Notes under the pieces: generated by a model
What the model was told of the DNA's origin: nothing
The model's database searches: none
The model's input: only the letters and a program-made list of their open reading frames with translations
From: Asterionella formosa
Lineage: Eukaryota
Direction of reading: 5' to 3'
Assembly (NCBI GenBank): GCA_002256025.1
Contig: NKIB01015105.1
Coordinates: forward strand, 1-38,255
DNA: 38,255 nucleotides
Part shown: positions 36,567 through 38,255 of the stretch, in pieces
Layout of the letters: the number at the start of each line of letters is the position of its first letter
How positions within the stretch are numbered: position 1 is the stretch's first letter
Made by a program: the position numbers and the translations under genes

Positions 36567-36626
36567 TAAAGAGTTTTGGAATTGAACCAAAATTTGTATA
36601 TGTTTTACCAATTAAACTAACTCTTT
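36567..36626 (-). ncRNA. tRNA-like element lacking the anticodon arm
   Basis: AAAGAGT-TA-GTTT AATTGGTA AAAC-ATATACAAAT-TTTGG TTCAATT CCAAA-ACTCTTT-A. Confidence 0.8.
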
Positions 36627-36629
36627 TAA

Positions 36630-36734
36630 AAAAATTTCAATTTAAAATAATTTTTACATAATTCCCAAAACTTAGTATTTATCAAAATATTTTAAAAATC
36701 ACTTGAGTTCTTTATGGATTCAGGAATCAATTTT
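36630..36734 (-). rRNA. rrn5: Candidate divergent, possibly permuted, mitochondrial 5S rRNA
   Basis: CCTGAATCCATAAAGAACTCAAGTGA resembles 5S helix III/loop C; TACTAAGTTTTGGGAA resembles the loop E arm; ~105-nt slot between two tRNA folds. Confidence 0.55.
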
Positions 36735-36806
36735 AAAGTAATAACAGATTTGAACCGTTAACATTTTCGTTGTAAGCGAAACACTCTACCATTGAGTTAA
36801 TTACTT
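36735..36806 (-). tRNA. trnV: tRNA-Val(UAC)
   Basis: TTTCG-CTTACAA-CGAAA anticodon arm. Confidence 0.94.
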
Positions 36807-36809
36807 AAA

Positions 36810-37226
36810 TTAAACTTTTTTCCAACATAAACCACCAACATACCAAACATAAATAAAACCAATACCCAATTCAAATACAAAATCAATCATAGACCAAAAA
36901 CCTAAAGAATTTAATTTAACCAAACAAATACTCCAAGGTAAAAGAAACATTGTTTCAACGTCAAAAACCACGAATAAAATAGCGATTAAATAAAATTTAA
37001 CGTCAAATTGATGTCTTGCGTCTTCATATGGCTCAAACCCACACTCATAAGATGATAGTTTTTCAGTTTCAGGATTTTGAATGACCAATAAAAAAGAAAA
37101 ATTAATTATTATAAGAGATAATAATAAAGCAACTACCAAATATATAACTATAGTAATATAATTTAATCGCAATAATGATTCGACGTTATTAAAAAAAACA
37201 GTAGTTTCAAACAGGTTTTGTAACAT
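36810..37226 (-). CDS. nad3: NADH dehydrogenase subunit 3
   Basis: EKLSSYECGFEP, FYLIAILFVVFDVE. Confidence 0.98.
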   Translation of the reverse strand: MLQNLFETTVFFNNVESLLRLNYITIVIYLVVALLLSLIIINFSFLLVIQNPETEKLSSYECGFEPYEDARHQFDVKFYLIAILFVVFDVETMFLLPWSICLVKLNSLGFWSMIDFVFELGIGFIYVWYVGGLCWKKV

Positions 37227-37236
37227 TACTTATAAA

Positions 37237-37328
37237 CAGAAAGAATAGGATTTGAACCTACGATACAAAATAAATAAATGTATAAAGATTTAGCAAACCT
37301 CCACCTTAAACCACTCGGTCACCTCTCT
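37237..37328 (-). tRNA. trnS: tRNA-Ser(GCU)
   Basis: Loop TTGCTAA, long variable arm. Confidence 0.92.
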
Positions 37329-37331
37329 TTT

Positions 37332-37403
37332 TATTCTTAACGGAATTTGAATCCGTGTTTTTACTATGAAAAAGTAATGTCTTTACCACTAGACCATAAG
37401 AAC
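37332..37403 (-). tRNA. trnE: tRNA-Glu(UUC)
   Basis: TTACT-TTTTCAT-AGTAA anticodon arm. Confidence 0.93.
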
Positions 37404-37418
37404 CATTAAGTTTTTATT

Positions 37419-37493
37419 TTGGAATAAAAGGATTTGAACCTTTAAAAATGTCCGTACCAAAAACGAATGCCTTGCCAATTTGGCTATATTCCA
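37419..37493 (-). tRNA. trnQ: tRNA-Gln(UUG)
   Basis: TGGAATA/TATTCCA acceptor, loop TTTTGGT. Confidence 0.93.
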
Positions 37494-37547
37494 TTGTAAT
37501 ATCTAAATCGATCAACCCGCTCACTACTTAAATTTTATCTTTTTTAT

Positions 37548-37719
37548 AAATTATTTAAAAAAGAAGATCCACTACTAAAATCAAAATTATCAAAAGAAAT
37601 CAAATTCGTTTAGGGTTTGCCTTTTTTTAAGATTTTAAAAATTATTTAAAGAAAAAAATCCACTACTAAAATCAAAATTATCAAAAGAAATCAAATTCGT
37701 TTAGGGTTTGCCTTTTTTT
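37548..37719 (+). repeat. 91-bp tandem duplication (about 2 copies)
   Basis: ATCCACTACTAAAATCAAAATTATCAAAAGAAATCAAATTCGTTTAGGGTTTGCCTTTTTTT at 37567 and 37658. Confidence 0.95.
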
Positions 37720-38255
37720 CATATTTTTATACTTTTTTTTATATTTTCATATTTTTAAGATTTTGAAAAACCCTAAAACACTCATTTTGACGCCCTAAAA
37801 AACTACCATGTTTACGTAGGATAACACCGTGTTATTTAGACTGGTATTTTTAACCAAAAAACGAAAAAATAGTTTTTACCCAAAATAAACTACCATGTTT
37901 ACGTACGGTAACACCGTCGTATTTGAAGGGTATTTTTGCAATCCCTAGTACCACTCAGGATTGAATATTTTGAATTGAACTTTAAAAACGAAATTACCTT
38001 TTTTTAACGGGTTTGAATTTGTACAGCGGTAAAATACCAACAACAAATTTCATTTTTTAAACAGTAAACAATATATATTTCAAAGAATAATGAAATTATA
38101 TTTTTTAGATGGTCTTGAATCTGTACGACACTAAAATACCAACAACAAATTTTATTTTTTTATACTTTTTTTATATTTTTATATTTTTTTTCATATTTTT
38201 ATACTTTTTTTTATATTTTTATACTTTTTTTATATTTTTATACTTTTTTTTATAT
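37720..38255 (+). repeat. Control-region ~430-bp repeat unit flanked by T-rich 20-21-nt minisatellite
   Basis: Matches 1-425; ends in repeated ATATTTTTATACTTTTTTTT. Confidence 0.9.

Noticed and set aside
36567..36626. tRNA mimic as mitochondrial tmRNA (ssrA)
   Set aside because: It has a paired D-stem, lacks G3-U70, and shows no permuted acceptor arrangement
37548..38255. CRISPR-like array
   Set aside because: Repeats are tandem without unique spacers, there are no cas genes, and the context is organellar

Overview
Essentially complete, very AT-rich mitochondrial genome of a diatom (stramenopile), apparently a circle linearised inside its repeat region. It uses the standard genetic code (TGA is a stop; only trnW-CCA is present). 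Contents: the usual respiratory genes with an unsplit nad11, ribosomal-protein genes, tatC, rns, rnl, 24 conventional tRNAs, and one group II intron in cox1 with a degenerate RT/maturase. Most notable observations beyond the ORF track: (1) a trnV - candidate 5S rRNA - anticodon-less tRNA-like element - cob arrangement that looks like a processing cassette; (2) a diverged inverted copy of the control-region repeat unit upstream of nad9, nearly opposite on the circle; (3) an intron maturase with YADD changed to YNQN and a fossil HNH domain behind its stop; (4) small hidden genes (tatA, probable rpl31, probable rpl10); (5) several likely GTG/TTG starts. All calls were made by eye, and rRNA and repeat boundaries are approximate.
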